In this document: positions 1-12,032 of the stretch, piece after piece
Numbering within the stretch: position 1 is the first letter of the stretch
Layout: every line of letters begins with the position of its first letter
Assembly (NCBI GenBank): GCA_038087875.1
Contig: CM075988.1
Location: 124,001-188,000 of the forward strand
Reading direction: 5' to 3'
DNA from: Malacoraja senta
Lineage: Eukaryota
DNA: 64,000 bases
Position numbers and translations under genes: made by a program
The notes under the pieces: generated by a model
The model's input: only the letters and a program-made list of their open reading frames with translations
What the model was told of the DNA's origin: nothing
Database searches by the model: none

Positions 1-140
1 TTGCCCCTTGTGTGTCGGGGGCGGATACAAAAACGGAGTTACATAGTACTAGTCGATGCTGTGTTTTTCGATTAAACTGAGGATGTGGCCACAACTGCTG
101 AGTTTCTCCGGCGCTTCCACATAGGAGGAGCAGTGATAGA

Positions 141-515
141 CTTATGGGACTGGACAAGCTAGATGCAGAAAAAATGTTCCCAATGTTGGACGAGTCCAGA
201 ACCAGGGGCCACAGTCTTAGAATAAAGGGGAGGCCATTTAAGACTGAGGTGAGTAAAAACGTTTTCACCCAAAGAGTTGTGAATTTGTGGAATTCCCTGC
301 CACAGAGGGCAGTGGAGGCCAAGTCACTGGATGGATTTAAGAGAGAGTTAGATAGAGCTCTAGGGGCTGGTGGAGTCAAGGGATACGGGGAGAAGGCAGG
401 CACGGGTTATTGATTGGGGACGATCAGCCATGATCACAATGAATGGCGGTGTTGGCTTGAAGGGCCGAATGGCCTCCTCCTGCACCTATTTTTCTATGTT
501 TCTATCTTTCTATGT
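141..515 (+). mobile_element. CR1-clade LINE 3' fragment (ORF2 C-terminus + 3' UTR + tail)
   Basis: ORF 144-413 ends RTRGHSLRI...RVVNLWNSLP...FKRELD...YGEKAGTGY, a CR1 ORF2 C-terminus repeated many times in this window. It is followed by the shared 3' UTR (GATCAGCCATGATC...GAAGGGCCGAATGGCCT) and a CTATGTTT-type tail. Confidence 0.85.
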
Positions 516-519
516 GATT

Positions 520-995
520 CAGCGTGGAAACAGGCCCTTCGGCCCAACTTGCCCACACTGACCAACATGTCCCATCTACACTTGTCCCACCTGCCTGCAT
601 TTGACCCACATCCCTCCAAACCTGTCCTATCCATGTACCTGTCTAAATTTTTCTTAAAACGTTGCGTTAGTCCTTGGGTGTATGGAACGAGCTGCCAGAG
701 GAGGTAGTTGAGGCTGGGACTATCGCAACAGTTGGACAGGTACATGGATAGGACAGGTTTGGAGGGATATGGGCCAAATGCAGGCAGGTGGGACTAGTGT
801 AGATGGGACATGTTGGCCAGTGTGGGCGAGTTAGAGAGCTAGATAGGGCTCTTAAAGATAGCGGAGTCAGGGGATATGGGGAGAAGGCAGGAACGGGGTA
901 CTGATTGGGGATGATCAGCCATGATCACATTGAATGGTGGTGCTGGCTCGAGGGGCCGAATGGCCTCCTCCTGCACCTATTGTGTATATTCTATT
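520..995. mobile_element. Cluster of CR1 3'-end fragments in both orientations
   Basis: About 547-646 is the reverse complement of about 732-832 (ggacaggtacatggataggacaggtttggaggga...). 832-995 is another + strand CR1 3' end. Confidence 0.65.
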
Positions 996-999
996 GTCC

Positions 1000-1610
1000 A
1001 AAGACATGCAGGCTTGAAGGTTATTTGGCTTCGGTAAAAATTGTAAATTGTCCTTGGTGTGTGTAGGATAGTGTTAATCTACGTGACAGTGTGGACTCGG
1101 TGGGCCGAAGGGCCAGTTTCTGCACTGTATCTCTAAATTAAGTTAAACTAAACGGCTGCTGTCTGTACGGAGTTTGTACGTTCTCCCCGTGACCTGCGTG
1201 GGTTTTCTCCGGGTGCTCCGGTTTCCTCCCACACTCCAAAGACGTACAGTTTTGTAGGTTCATTAGCTTGGTGTAGTTGTAAATTTTCCTCAGTGTGTGT
1301 AGGATGTGCGGGGACGGGGACAGGTAGTGTGCGGGGACGGCCCCATAGCAGAAGCGTCCACATCACGGGGCTGGAAACTGGAAGTATCCTGAGCTAATTC
1401 TGCTACCACCATCATCTATTGTAACAAATGATGGCTCCCACCGATTGCCGCTGGAAGCTCGCGTCCTTTTCAGGACGAACGATGACAATATTTGGAAAAT
1501 TGGAAGATGGATACGAAAAGAAGAAGAGTGTGCGGGGATCGCTGGTCGGCACAGTCTCGGTGGGCCGAAGGGCCTGTTTCTGCGCTGTATCTCTAAGCTA
1601 AACAAAACGA
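1000..1610 (+). mobile_element. HE1-like SINE fragments, the second interrupted at 1338-1526
   Basis: Contains the SINE core gctgtctgtacggagtttgtacgttctccccgtgacc...tttcctcccacactccaaagac and the 3' end gggccgaagggcctgtttc...(taaac)n, both matching the copy at 2055-2358. Confidence 0.7.
1338..1526 (+). mobile_element. Short 5'-truncated retroelement insertion with (GAA)n tail (RTE/Vingi-like, family uncertain)
   Basis: 12-nt direct repeat AGTGTGCGGGGA at 1326-1337 and 1527-1538 flanks it. It ends GATACGAAAAGAAGAAG. Removing it restores the SINE. Confidence 0.6.
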
Positions 1611-1675
1611 TTATTATCACATGTACCGAGGTACAGTGAAAAGCTTCGCTTTGCATGCTATCCAATCAACGGTTA

Positions 1676-2026
1676 AGGGGCTGTCCCACTGCAGCGACCT
1701 AATTGGCGAGTTTAGAAGAGTTTGCCCTCGACTCGTACTCGCAGCATGGTCGACACGAGGTCCTAGGAGGTCTTCGTAACTCTCCTTCATGCTCGAGAGT
1801 GGTCCCCGCGTACTCGAGGCCTCAGCTAGGTCGCGTAGTAGGTCGGCATGTTAGTCGTAGGTAATCGAGGGTAGTCGAAGGTAATTGTAGATAGTCGAAG
1901 GTAGTCGTAGCTAGTCTTCAACATAGTCGAAGGTAGTCGTAGCTAGTCTTCAACATAGTCGAAGGAGGTCTTCAACATGACATTTTTTCAAACTCTCCTG
2001 AACTCTTCTAAACTCGCCAATTAGGT
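1676..2026. mobile_element. Harbinger-like MITE, right end truncated
   Basis: Starts AGGGGCTGTCCCAC like the copy at 10375. Subterminal IR acctaattggcgagtttagaagagtt / aactcttctaaactcgccaattaggt, with internal (GTAGTCGAAG)-like repeats. Confidence 0.7.
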
Positions 2027-2054
2027 GAGGCAGCATCTCTGGAGAACATGGATA

Positions 2055-2358
2055 GGTGACACAATGGTAGAGTTGCTGCCTCACAGCGCCAGAGACCCGG
2101 AATCAATCCTGACTACGGGTGCTGTCTGTACGGAGTTTGTACATTCTCCCCGTGACCCGCGTGGGTTTTCTCCGGGTGATTCCGTTTCCTCCCACACTCC
2201 AAAGGCCTGCAGGTTTGTAGGTTAATTGGCCTCGGTAAATTTGTAAATTGTCCTGAGTGTGTGTAGGATAGTGTTAGTGTGTGGGGATCGCTGGTCGGTG
2301 TGGACTGGACGGGCCGAATGGCCTGTTTCTGCACTGTGTCTCTAGACTAAACTAAAAT
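2055..2358 (+). mobile_element. tRNA-derived SINE (HE1/V-SINE-like), near full length
   Basis: tRNA-like head (ggtagagttgctgcctcacagcgccagagacccgg...), conserved core, CR1-like 3' end and (TAAAC)n tail. Confidence 0.75.
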
Positions 2359-2797
2359 AAAGGTGACTTTTCGGTCGGGACCAGATTAAAGAAGAGTCTC
2401 ATCCTGAAACGTCGCCTATCTGTGTTCGCCATAGATGCTGCCTGACCTGCTGAGTTACTCCAGCACTTTTTTACCCAGCAGTTCCTCCTATCCACCTATC
2501 ACTTGCTGGACTTTGCCCCAACCCCCAAGTCTCTTTTCCAGCTTTCCCCACCCCCAACTCCATCAGTCTGAAGAAGGGTCCTGACCTGCTGAGTTACTCC
2601 AGCACTTTGTGTTTTGTTCAAGATTCCAGCATCTGCAGTTCCTTGTGCCTCCAGATTCAGGGTCAGTTTCTTCCCAGCTGTTATCAGGCAACAGAACCGT
2701 CCTCTCACCAACTGGAGATGGGTCCCATCTACCTCATTGGAGACCCTCGGACTATCTTTAATCGGACTTTATGGATATATTTAAGGCAGAGTAGATA

Positions 2798-4414
2798 CAG
2801 TGGCTTGCAAAAGTATTAATACCCCTTGAACTTTTCCACATTTTGTCACGTTACAACCACAAACGTAAATGTATTTTATTGGGATTTTATGTGATAGACC
2901 AACACAAAGTGGTGCATAATTGTGAAGGGGAAGGAAAATGATACATGGTTTTCAAATTTTTTTACAAATAAAAAACTGAAAAGTGTCGTGTGCAAAAGTA
3001 TTCAGCCCCCCTGAGTCAATACTTTGTAGAACCACCTTTCGCTGCAATTACAGCTGCAAGTCTTTTGGGGTATGTCTCTACCAGCTTTGCACATCTAGAG
3101 ACTGAAATTGTTGCCCATTCTTCTTTGCAAAATAGCTCAAGCTCAGTCAGATTGGATGGAGAGCATCTGTGAACAGCAATTTTCAAGTCTTGCCAGAGAT
3201 TCTCAATTGGATTTAGGTCTGGACTTTGACTGGGCCATTCTAACACGTGAATATGCTTTGATCTAAACCATTCCATTGTAGCTCTGGCTGTATGTTTAGG
3301 GTCGTTGTCCTGCTGGAAGGTGAACCTCTGCCCAGTCTCAAGTCTTTTGCAGACTCTAACAGGTTTTCTTCCAAGATTGCCCTGTATTTGGCTCCATCCA
3401 TCTTCCCATCAACTCTGACCAGCTTGCCTGTCCCTGCTGAAGAAAAGCATCCCCACAGCATGATGCTGCCACCACCATGTTTCACAGTGGGGATGGTGTG
3501 TTCAGGGTGATGTGCAGTGTTAGGTTTCCGCCACACATAGCGTTTTGCATTTAGGCCAAAAACTTCAATTTTGGTCTCATCTGACCAGAGCACCTTCCTC
3601 CACATGTTTGCTGTGTCCCCCACATGGCTTGTGGCAAACTGCAAACGGGACTTCTTATGGCTTTTTTTCAACAATGGCTTTCTTCTTGCCTCTCTTCCAT
3701 AAAGGCCCGATTTGTGGAGTGCACGACTAATAGTTGTCCTGTGGACAGATTCTCCCACCTGAGCTGTGGATCTCTGCAGCTCCTCCAGAGTTACCATGGG
3801 CCTCTTGGCTGCTTCTCTGATCAATGCTCTCCTTGCCCGGCCTGTCAGTTTAGGTGGACGGCCATGTCTTGGTAGGTTTGCAGTTGTGCCATACTCTTTC
3901 CATTTTCGGATGATGGATTGAACAGTGCTCCATGAGATGTTCAAAGCTTGGGATATTTGTTTATAACCTAACCCTGCTTTAAACTTCTCCACAACTTTAT
4001 CCCTGACCTGTCTGGTGTGTTCCTTGGGCTTCATGATGCTGTTTGTTCACTAATGTTCTCTAACAAACCTCTGAGGCCTTCACAAAACAGCTGTATTTAT
4101 ACTGAGATTAGATTACACACAAGTGGACTCTATTTACTAATTAGGTGACTTCTGAAGGCAATTGGTTGCACTGGATTTTATTTAGGGGTATCAGAGTAAA
4201 GGGGGGCTGAATACTTTTGCACGCGACACTTTTCAGTTTTTTATTTGTAAAAAAATTTGAAAACCATGTATCATTTTCCTTCCACTTCACAATTATGCGC
4301 CACTTTGTGTTGGTCCATCACATAAAATCCCAATAAAATACATTTACGTTTGTGGTTGTAACGTGACAAAATGTGGAAAAGTTCAAGGGGTATGAATACT
4401 TTTGCAAGCCACTG
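2798..4414 (-). mobile_element. Tc1/mariner DNA transposon, IR/DR type, full length (1617 bp)
   Basis: TA target duplication at 2796-2797 and 4415-4416. TIRs of about 213 bp (2798-~3011, ~4201-4414) start CAGTGGCTTGCAAAAGTATT, and each has an inner direct repeat TGCAAAAGTATT. Inserted into a CR1 3' fragment whose flanks rejoin. Confidence 0.97.
3016..4034 (-). pseudogene. Tc1 transposase (DD34E) with a single 1-nt frameshift
   Basis: ORFs 3240-4034 and 3016-3276 join through a frameshift near 3330 (LRLG->RFTFQQDNDPKH). Motifs GRPPK, WSDETK, FQQDND and SPDLNPIE are present, with 34 residues between D2 and E. 1019 nt is 340 codons minus 1 nt. Confidence 0.93.
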
Positions 4415-4823
4415 TAGATTCCTGATTTATATGGGTGTCAGGGGTTATGGGGAGAAGGCAGGAGAATGGGGTTAGGATGGAGAGATAGATCAGCCATGAT
4501 TGAATGGCGGAGTAGACTTGATGGGCCGAATGGCTGAATTCTTCTCCTATCACTTATGAACATGAATTTAACCTCGCACTAAATGTTATTCCCTTTATCA
4601 TGTATCTGTACACTGTGAATGGCTCGATTGTAATCATGTATTGTCTTTCCGCTGACTGGTTAGCACGCAACAAAAGCTTTTCACTGTACCTCGGTACACA
4701 TGACAATAAACTAAACTGAACAAAACTAAAGAATGTCACCTATTCTTTTTCACCAGAGATGCTGGCTGTACCACTGAGTTACTCCAGTATTTTGTGTCCA
4801 TCAAAGAACTGATTGAGGACTTT

Positions 4824-5015
4824 GACAATAGACAATAGGTGCAGGAGTAGGCCATTCAGCCCTTCGAGCCAGCACTGCCATTCAATGTGATCATGGCTGA
4901 TTATCCCCAATCAGTACCCCGTTCCTGCCTTCTCCCCATATCCCTTGACTCCGCTATTTTTAAGAGCCCCATCTAGCTCTCTCTTGAAAGCATCCGGAGA
5001 ACCGGCCTCCACCGA
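4824..5015 (-). mobile_element. CR1 3' fragment
   Basis: (GACAATA)n tail complement, shared 3' UTR, and FKRELD...YGEKAGTGY on the minus strand. Confidence 0.8.
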
Positions 5016-5035
5016 CTTTGGAAGAGGATGGATGA

Positions 5036-8000
5036 GAAACATAGAAACATAGAACATAGAAAATAGGTGCAGGAGTAGGCCATTCGGCCCTTCGAGCCTG
5101 CACCGCCATTCGATATGATCATGGCTGATCATCCAACTCAGTATCCTGTACCTGCCTTCTCTCCATACCCTCTGATACCACAAGGGCCACATCTAACTCC
5201 CTCTTAAATATAGCCAATGAACTGGCCTCAACTACCTTCTGTGGCGGAGAATTCCAGAGATTCACCACTCTCTGTGTGAAAAATGTTTTCCTCATCTCGG
5301 TCCTAAAAGATTTCCCCCTTATCCTTAAACTGTGACCCCTTGTTCTGGACTTCCCCAACATCGGGAACAATCTTCCTGCATCTAGCCTGTCCAACCCCTT
5401 AAGAATTTTGTACGTTTCTATAAGATCCCCCCTCAATCTTCTAAATTCTAGCGAGTACAAGCCAAGTCTATCCAGTCTTTCCTCATATGAAAGTCCTGAC
5501 ATCCCAGGAATCTGTCTGGTGAACCTTCTCTGCACTCCCTCTATGGCAAGAATGTCTTTCCTCAGATTAGGAGACCAAAACTGTACGCAATACTCCAGAT
5601 GTGGTCTCACCAAGACCCTGTACAACTGCAGTAGAACCTCCCTGCTCCTATACTCAAATCCTTTTGCTATGAATGCTAACATACCATTCGCCTTCTTCAC
5701 TGCCTGCTGCACCTGCATGCCTACTTTTAATGACTGGTGTACCATGACACCCAGGTCTCGTTGCATCTCCCCTTTTCCTATTCGGCCACCATTCAGATAA
5801 TAGTCTACTTTCCTGTTTTTGCCACCAAAGTGGATAACCTCACATTTATCCACATTATACTGCACCTGCCATGCATTTGCCCACTCACCCAGCCTATCCA
5901 AGTCACCTTGCAGCCTCCGAGCATCCTCCTCACAGCTAACACTGCCCCCCAGCTTCGTGTCATCCACAAACTTGGAGATGTTGCATTCAATTCCCTCGTC
6001 CAAATCATTAATATAAATTGTAAATAGCTGGGGTCCCAGCACTGAGCCTTGCGGTACCCCACTAGTCACTGCCTGCCATTGTGAAAAGGACCCGTTTACT
6101 CCTACACTTTGCTTCCTGTCTGCCAGCCAGTTCTCTATCCACATCAATACTGAACCCCCAATACCGTGTGCTTTAAGTTTGTATACTAATCTCTTATGTG
6201 GGACCTTGTCGAAAGCCTTCTGAAAGTCCAGATATAACACATCCACTGGTTCTCCCTTATCCACTCTACTAGTTACAACCTCGAAAAATTCTATAAGATT
6301 CGTGAGACATGATTTACCTTTCATAAATCCATGCTGACTTTGTCCAATGATTTCACCTCTTTCCAAATGTGCTGCTATCCCATCTTTAATAACTGATTCT
6401 GGCAGTTTCCCCACTACCGACGTTAGACTAACTGGTCTGTAATTCCCCGTTTTCTCTCTCCCTCCCTTTTTAAAAAGTGGGGTTACATTAGCTACCCTCC
6501 AATCCTCAGGAACTACTCCAGAATCTAAAGAGTTTTGAAAAATTATCACTGATGCATCCACTATTTCTGGGGCTACTTCCTCAAGTACTCTGGGATGCAG
6601 CCCATCTGGCCCTGGGGATTTATGGGCCTTTAATCCATTCAATTTACCTAACACCACTTCCCGGCTAACCTGGATTTCACTCAGTTCCTCCATCTCATTT
6701 GACCCCCGGTCCCCTGCTATTTCCGGCAGATTATTTATGTCTTCCTTAGTGAAGACAGAACCAAAGTAGTTATTCAATTGGTCTGCCATGTCCTTGTTCC
6801 CCATGATCAATTCACCTGTTTCTGACTGCAAGGGACCTACATTTGTTTTAACTAATCTTTTTCTCTTCACATATCTATAAAAGCTTTNNNNNNNNNNNNN
6901 NNNNNNNNNNNNNNNNNNNNNNNNNNNNNNNNNNNNNNNNNNNNNNNNNNNNNNNNNNNNNNNNNNNNNNNNNNNNNNNNNNNNNNNNNNNNNNNNNNNN
7001 NNNNNNNNNNNNNNNNNNNNNNNNNNNNNNNNNNNNNNNNNNNNNNNNNNNNNNNNNNNNNNNNNNNNNNNNNNNNNNNNNNNNNNNCCCTTTCCTAATT
7101 AAGCCCTTTGTCCTCCTCTGCTGGATTCTGAATTTCTCCCAGTCCTCTGGTATGCTGCTTTTTCCTGGCTAATTTGTATGCTTCATCTTTTGTTTTGATA
7201 CTATCCCTGATTTCCCTTGTTATCCATGGATGCACTACCTTCCCTGATTTTATTTTTTTGCCAAACTGGGATGAACAATTGTTGTAGTTCATCCATGCAG
7301 TCTTTAAATGCCTTCCATTGCATATCTACCATCAACCCATTAAGAATCAATTGCCAGTCTATCTTGGCCAATTCACTTCTCATACCCTCAAAGTTACCTT
7401 TCTTTAAGTTCAGGACCCTTGTTTCTGAATTAACAATGTCACTCTCCATCCTAATGAAGAACTCAACCATATTATGGTCACTCTTGCCCAAGGGGCCACG
7501 CACAACAAGACTGCTAACTAACCCATCCTCATTACTCAATTACCCAATCTAGAATAGCCTGCTCTCTCGTTGGTTCCTCTACATGTTGGTTTAGAAAACT
7601 ATCCCGCATACATTCCAAGAAATCCTCTTCCTCAGCACCCCTGCCAATTTGATTCACCCAATCTATATGTAGATTGAAGTCACCCATTATAACTATTTTT
7701 ACCTTTGTTGCACGCATTTCTAATTTCCTGTTTTATGCCATCCCCAACTTCACTACTACTGTTAGATGGCCTGTACACAACACCCACCAGCGTTTTCTGC
7801 CCCTTAGTGTTTCGCAGCTCTACCCATATAGATTCCACATCCTCCAAGCTAATGTCGTTCCTTTCTATTGCGTTAATCTTCTCTCTAACCAACAACGCTA
7901 CCCCACCTCCTTTCCCTTTCTGTCTATCCCTCCTGAATATTGAATATCCCTGGATGTTCAGCTCCCAGCCTTGGTTACCCTGGAGCCATGTCTCCGTGAT

Positions 8001-8060
8001 CCCAACTATATCATAGTCATTAATAGCTATCAGCACATTCATTAATAGCTATCAGCACAT
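5036..8060 (-). mobile_element. CR1 LINE, 5'-truncated ORF2 (partial APE endonuclease + RT), copy 1; spans a 200-N gap
   Basis: ORFs 7680-8042, 7532-7717, 7201-7539 and 5119-6870 contain endonuclease motifs (GITETW, GGGVALL, MGDFN, SDHN) and RT motifs ([33 protein letters not shown]). Frameshifts are present. (CTATGTTT)n tail at about 5036-5062. Confidence 0.95.
6888..7087. other. Assembly gap (200 N)
   Basis: Run of N. Confidence 1.
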
Positions 8061-8663
8061 CAGCTAAGAGGACCCACAATCCTGTTTATATCAATGAGTC
8101 GATGGTGGAGTCAAAAACTTCAAATTCCTGGGCGTGCATATTTCCGAAGATCTTTCCTGGTCCCAGCACACGGATGCCATCATAATGTAAGCACATCAGC
8201 GCCTCTACTTCCTGAGAAGATTACGGAGAGTCGGCATGTCAAAGAGGACTCTCTCTAACTTCTACAGGTGCACGGTAGAGAGCATGCTGACTGGTCGCAT
8301 CGTGACCTGGTTCGGCAACTTGAACGTCCAGGAGCGGAAAAGACGGCAAAAAAGTTGTGACCACTGCCCAGTCCATCACCGGCTCTGACCTCCCCACCGT
8401 CGAAGGGATCTGTCGTAGTCGCTGCCCCAAAAAGGCAGCCAACATCATCAGAGACCCACACCATCCTGGCCACACACTCATCTCACCGCTGCCATCGGGA
8501 AGAAGGTGCAGGAGCCTGAAAACTGTAACGTCCAGGTTCAAGAACAGCTTCTTCCCTACACCCATCAGGCTATTAAACATGACAATGAATAAGCTCTGAA
8601 ATACAATAGACTATTATTATTATTATTATTATTATTACACTATTATTGTCTGTTATTTGAGTA

Positions 8664-8696
<33 letters not shown>

Positions 8697-8840
8697 TGTG
8701 AGCATGTGTGAATACACACTGAACAGTTTTTTTTCCCTCTCTCGTTTATACCATACTATGTTTACATATTCTGTTGTGCTGCAGCAAGTAAGAATTACAT
8801 TGATCTATCTGGGACACCTGACAATAAAACACTCTTGACT
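8061..8840 (+). mobile_element. Rex1/Babar-type LINE 3' fragment, copy 1 (degraded)
   Basis: Encodes FKFLGVHISEDLSWSQHT...QRLYFLRRL...HPGHTLISPLPSGRR...RFKNSFFP, with a stop and a frameshift. The 3' UTR has (TAT)n and (TG)n and ends gacaataaaacactcttgacttga. Confidence 0.8.
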
Positions 8841-9071
8841 TGAAACCAGCACCTTCAGTTCCATCTCAACTAACCACTTGGTGGGGAATCATCAGCTGGC
8901 AGCTCCATCTGGTGTCGACGCAAGGAACTGCAGATGCTGGTTTAAACCAAAGATGGACAGAGGGTGTTGCACAACTCTCGTCGGAGAGAGGTGGAGAACC
9001 TCTTCAAAGTAGACATACCTTGAGGAGATTTCGCCAGTGGAGCGGACAAAAAATGTGTAGGAAGGAACTGC

Positions 9072-9707
9072 AAAAGGATTTGAGTATAGGAGCAGGGAGA
9101 TTCTACTGCAGTTGTACAGGGTCTTGGTGAGACCACACCTGGAGTATTGCGTACAGTTTTGGTCTCCAAATCTGAGGAAGGACATTATAGCCATAGAGGG
9201 AGTGCAGAGAAGGTTCACCAGACTGATTCCTGGGATGTCAGGACTTTCATATGTTGAGAGAATATGGATAGACTCGGCTAATACTCGCTAGAATTTAGGA
9301 GATTAAGAGGGGATCTTATAGAAACGTACAAAATTCTTATGGGGTTGGACAGGCTAGATGCAGGAAGATTGTTCCCGATGTTGGGGAAGTCCAGGACAAG
9401 GGGTCACAGCTTAAGGATAAAGGGGAAATCCTTTAAGACCGAGATGAGGAAAAACTTTTTCACACAGAGAGTGGTGAATCTCTGGAACCCTCTGCCACAG
9501 AGGGTAGTTGAGGCCAGTTCATTGGCTATATTTAAGAGGGAGTTAGATGTGGCCCTTGTGGCTAAAGGGATCAGGGGGTATGGAGAGAAGGCAGGTACGG
9601 GATACTGAGTTGGATGATCAGCCATGATCATATTGAATGGCGGTGCAGGCTCGAAGGGCCGAATGGCCTACTCCTGCACCTATTTTCTATGTATCTATGT
9701 ATCTATG
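9072..9707 (+). mobile_element. CR1 3' fragment
   Basis: Encodes LVRPHLEYCVQFWSP...YGEKAGTGY, followed by the 3' UTR and a (CTATGTAT)n tail. Confidence 0.9.
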
Positions 9708-9733
9708 TTAGTTCCCTCTCCTCTGACATCAGA

Positions 9734-9815
9734 CTGAAGAAGGGTCTCGACCCGAAATGTCACCAGAGACGCTGCCTGTCCCGCTGAGATACTCCAGCTT
9801 TTTGTGTCTATCTTC
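9734..9815 (+). mobile_element. Penelope-like terminal repeat with minimal hammerhead-ribozyme-like motif
   Basis: CTGAAGA-A-GGGTC-TC-GACCC-GAAA-T-GTC at 9734-9761, followed by the recurring gctgcctgtcccgctgag(a/t)tactccagc unit. Duplicate at 16603-16630. Confidence 0.65.
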
Positions 9816-10129
9816 GGTTTATACAAAATAGTCTCTTAAACGCCACTACCGTATCTGCCCCCACCACCACCCCTGGCAGCGTGTTCCAGGCACCCACCAC
9901 CCTCTGTGTAAAAAACTTGCACTCAATTTTGAAAAACTAAATTTTTCACTGTATCTCGGTACACCTGACTATATTAAACCAGTCCCAATATTAGTGATGA
10001 TGTCCCCTGACTCCGCCATCTTTAAGAGCCCTATCTAGCTCTCTCTTGAAAACATCCAGAGAACCGGCCTCCACCGCCCTCTGAGGCAGAGAATTCCACA
10101 GACTCACCACTCTCTGTGTGACAAAGTGA

Positions 10130-10370
10130 TTACACCAGCACTATCCTACACACACAAGGGACATTTTACAATTTTACCAAAGCCAATTAACCTACACACC
10201 TGTATGTCTTTGGAGTGTGGAAGGAAATGTGGAGCACCCGGAGAAACATCGCGCAGGTCACGGGAGAACGTACAAAACTCCGTACGGACAGCGGCCGTAG
10301 TCAGGATCGAACCTGGGGTCTCTGGGGCTGTGAGGCAGCAGCTCGACCGCTGCACCACTCTGCTGCCCTT
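10130..10370 (-). mobile_element. HE1-like SINE (duplicate at about 16998-17238)
   Basis: Reverse complement of the SINE head and core at 2055-2358. Confidence 0.75.
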
Positions 10371-10374
10371 GTTA

Positions 10375-10808
10375 AGGGGCTGTCCCACTTGGGTGACCTA
10401 ACCCGCGAGTTCTGGCGAGTTTGCCCTCGACTCGTACTCGCAGCATGGTCGACACGAGGTCCTAGGAGGTCTTCGTAACTCTCCTTCATGCTCGAGAGTG
10501 GTCCCGGCGTACTCGAGGCCTCAGCTAGGCCGTGGCGTCTTTTTCAACATGTTGAAAAATGCCCGCGAGTAAAAAAAGGTCGCCCTGGAAAAAATCGATA
10601 CTTTTTTACTCGTGGGTTTAGTCGAGGTAGGTCGTAGTAGGTCAGCATGTTAGTCCTAGGTAATCGAGGGAAGTCGAAGGTGGTCGAAGGTAGCTAGTCT
10701 TCAACATAGTCGAAGGAGGTCGAAGGAGGTCTTCAACATGACATTTTTTCAAACTCTCCTGAACTCTTCTAAACTCGCCAATTAGGTTGCCCAAGTGGGA
10801 CAGCCCCT
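10375..10808. mobile_element. Non-autonomous PIF/Harbinger-like MITE
   Basis: TIRs AGGGGCTGTCCCACTTGGG...CCCAAGTGGGACAGCCCCT, an internal palindrome TTCAACATGTTGAA, and T/A-rich flanks. No coding capacity. Confidence 0.8.
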
Positions 10809-10875
10809 ATACCATAGATTTTGGCTCAACAGTGGGGAGAGAGCTCCCCTGCTGCCACTGACTGGTATCTCTGAA

Positions 10876-11004
10876 GGTGGACAAAAATGCTGGAGAAACT
10901 CAGCGGGTGAGGCAGCATCTACGGAGCGAAGGAAATAGGCAACGTTTCGGGTCGAAACCCTTCTTCCTTCTTCCTTCTTCCTTCTCACAGTTCCTTCTTA
11001 AACA
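10876..11004 (-). mobile_element. Penelope-terminus-derived insertion with 15-bp TSD
   Basis: ACTGGTATCTCTGAA at 10861-10875 and 11005-11019. The minus strand carries GAAGAAGGGTTTCGACCCGAAACGTT, a degenerate hammerhead core. Confidence 0.7.
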
Positions 11005-11367
11005 ACTGGTATCTCTGAATTCACAGACAACAATAAAAGGCATTCATGGCATCGCAGTGTTTAAGAAAGAACTGCAGATGCTGGAAAAATCGAAGGAAGA
11101 CAAAAATGCGGGAGGAACTCAGTGGGTGACGCAGTGTCTATGAAGCGAAGGAATTGCTCCATAGATGCTGCCTCACCCGCTGAGCTTCACCAGCATTTTT
11201 GTCGACCATGGAGTCACAGAGTCACACAGCACGGAAACAGGCCCTTCAGCCCAACACACCCGTGCCGACCAATGTTGTCTTTCAGGGCAGCATCCTGAAT
11301 CACTCATCTCCATCTCACCAATGCCCCACTGCCCTTCTATAAACCTCTGGATATCAAGTCAGTAGGT

Positions 11368-11815
11368 TAGCATATGATGAGCGTTTGTCGGCACTGGGCT
11401 GTACTCGCTGGAGTTTAGAAGGGTGAGGGGGGGGACCTCATTGAAATGTACAGAATAGTGAAAGGCCTGGATAAAGTGGATGTGGAGAGGATGTTTCCAC
11501 TAGTGGGAGAGTCTTAGGCCTAGAGGTCACAGCCTCAGAATTAAAGGATGTTCTTGTAGGAAGGAGATGAGGAGGAATTTCTTTAGTCAGAGGGTGGTGA
11601 ATCTGTGGGATTCATTGCCGCAGACGGCTGTGGAGGCCACGTCAGTGGATACTTTTTAAGGCAGAGATAGATAGATTCTTGATTAGTGCGGGTGTCAGAG
11701 GTTATGGGGAGAAGGCAGGAGAATGGGGTTAGGAGGGAGAGATAGATCAGCCACGATTGAATGGTGGAGTAGACTTGATGGGCCGAATGGCCTAATTCTA
11801 CTCTGATCACTTATT
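11368..11815 (+). mobile_element. CR1 3' fragment, second subfamily (duplicate at 18203-18650)
   Basis: Encodes YDERLSALGLYSLEFRR...RVVNLWDSLP, followed by the 3' UTR. Confidence 0.85.
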
Positions 11816-12032
11816 ACTTTAAGATCTTATGACAGGATAAGGAGGATATGGGCAAAAAACAAGCCTGTTTCCACGCTGTATCACTCTGTAGGGGCAAGGA
11901 ATGGCAGACACTGGTTTACACAATAGTACACAGAGTGCTGGAGTAACTCAGCGGGTGGGTCAGGCAGCATCAGTGGAGAACATGGATAGGTGACGTTTCA
12001 CAGAGTGCTGGAGTAACTCAGCGGGTCAGGCA

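Noticed and set aside
547..832. Structured ncRNA or pre-miRNA hairpin
   Set aside because: Two adjacent CR1 3' ends in opposite orientation explain the fold-back.
2055..2130. tRNA gene
   Set aside because: A degenerate tRNA-like head that continues into SINE core and tail, with no full cloverleaf.
5119..6870. Functional host reverse transcriptase or active LINE
   Set aside because: 5'-truncated within the endonuclease, frameshifted, with no ORF1 or promoter.
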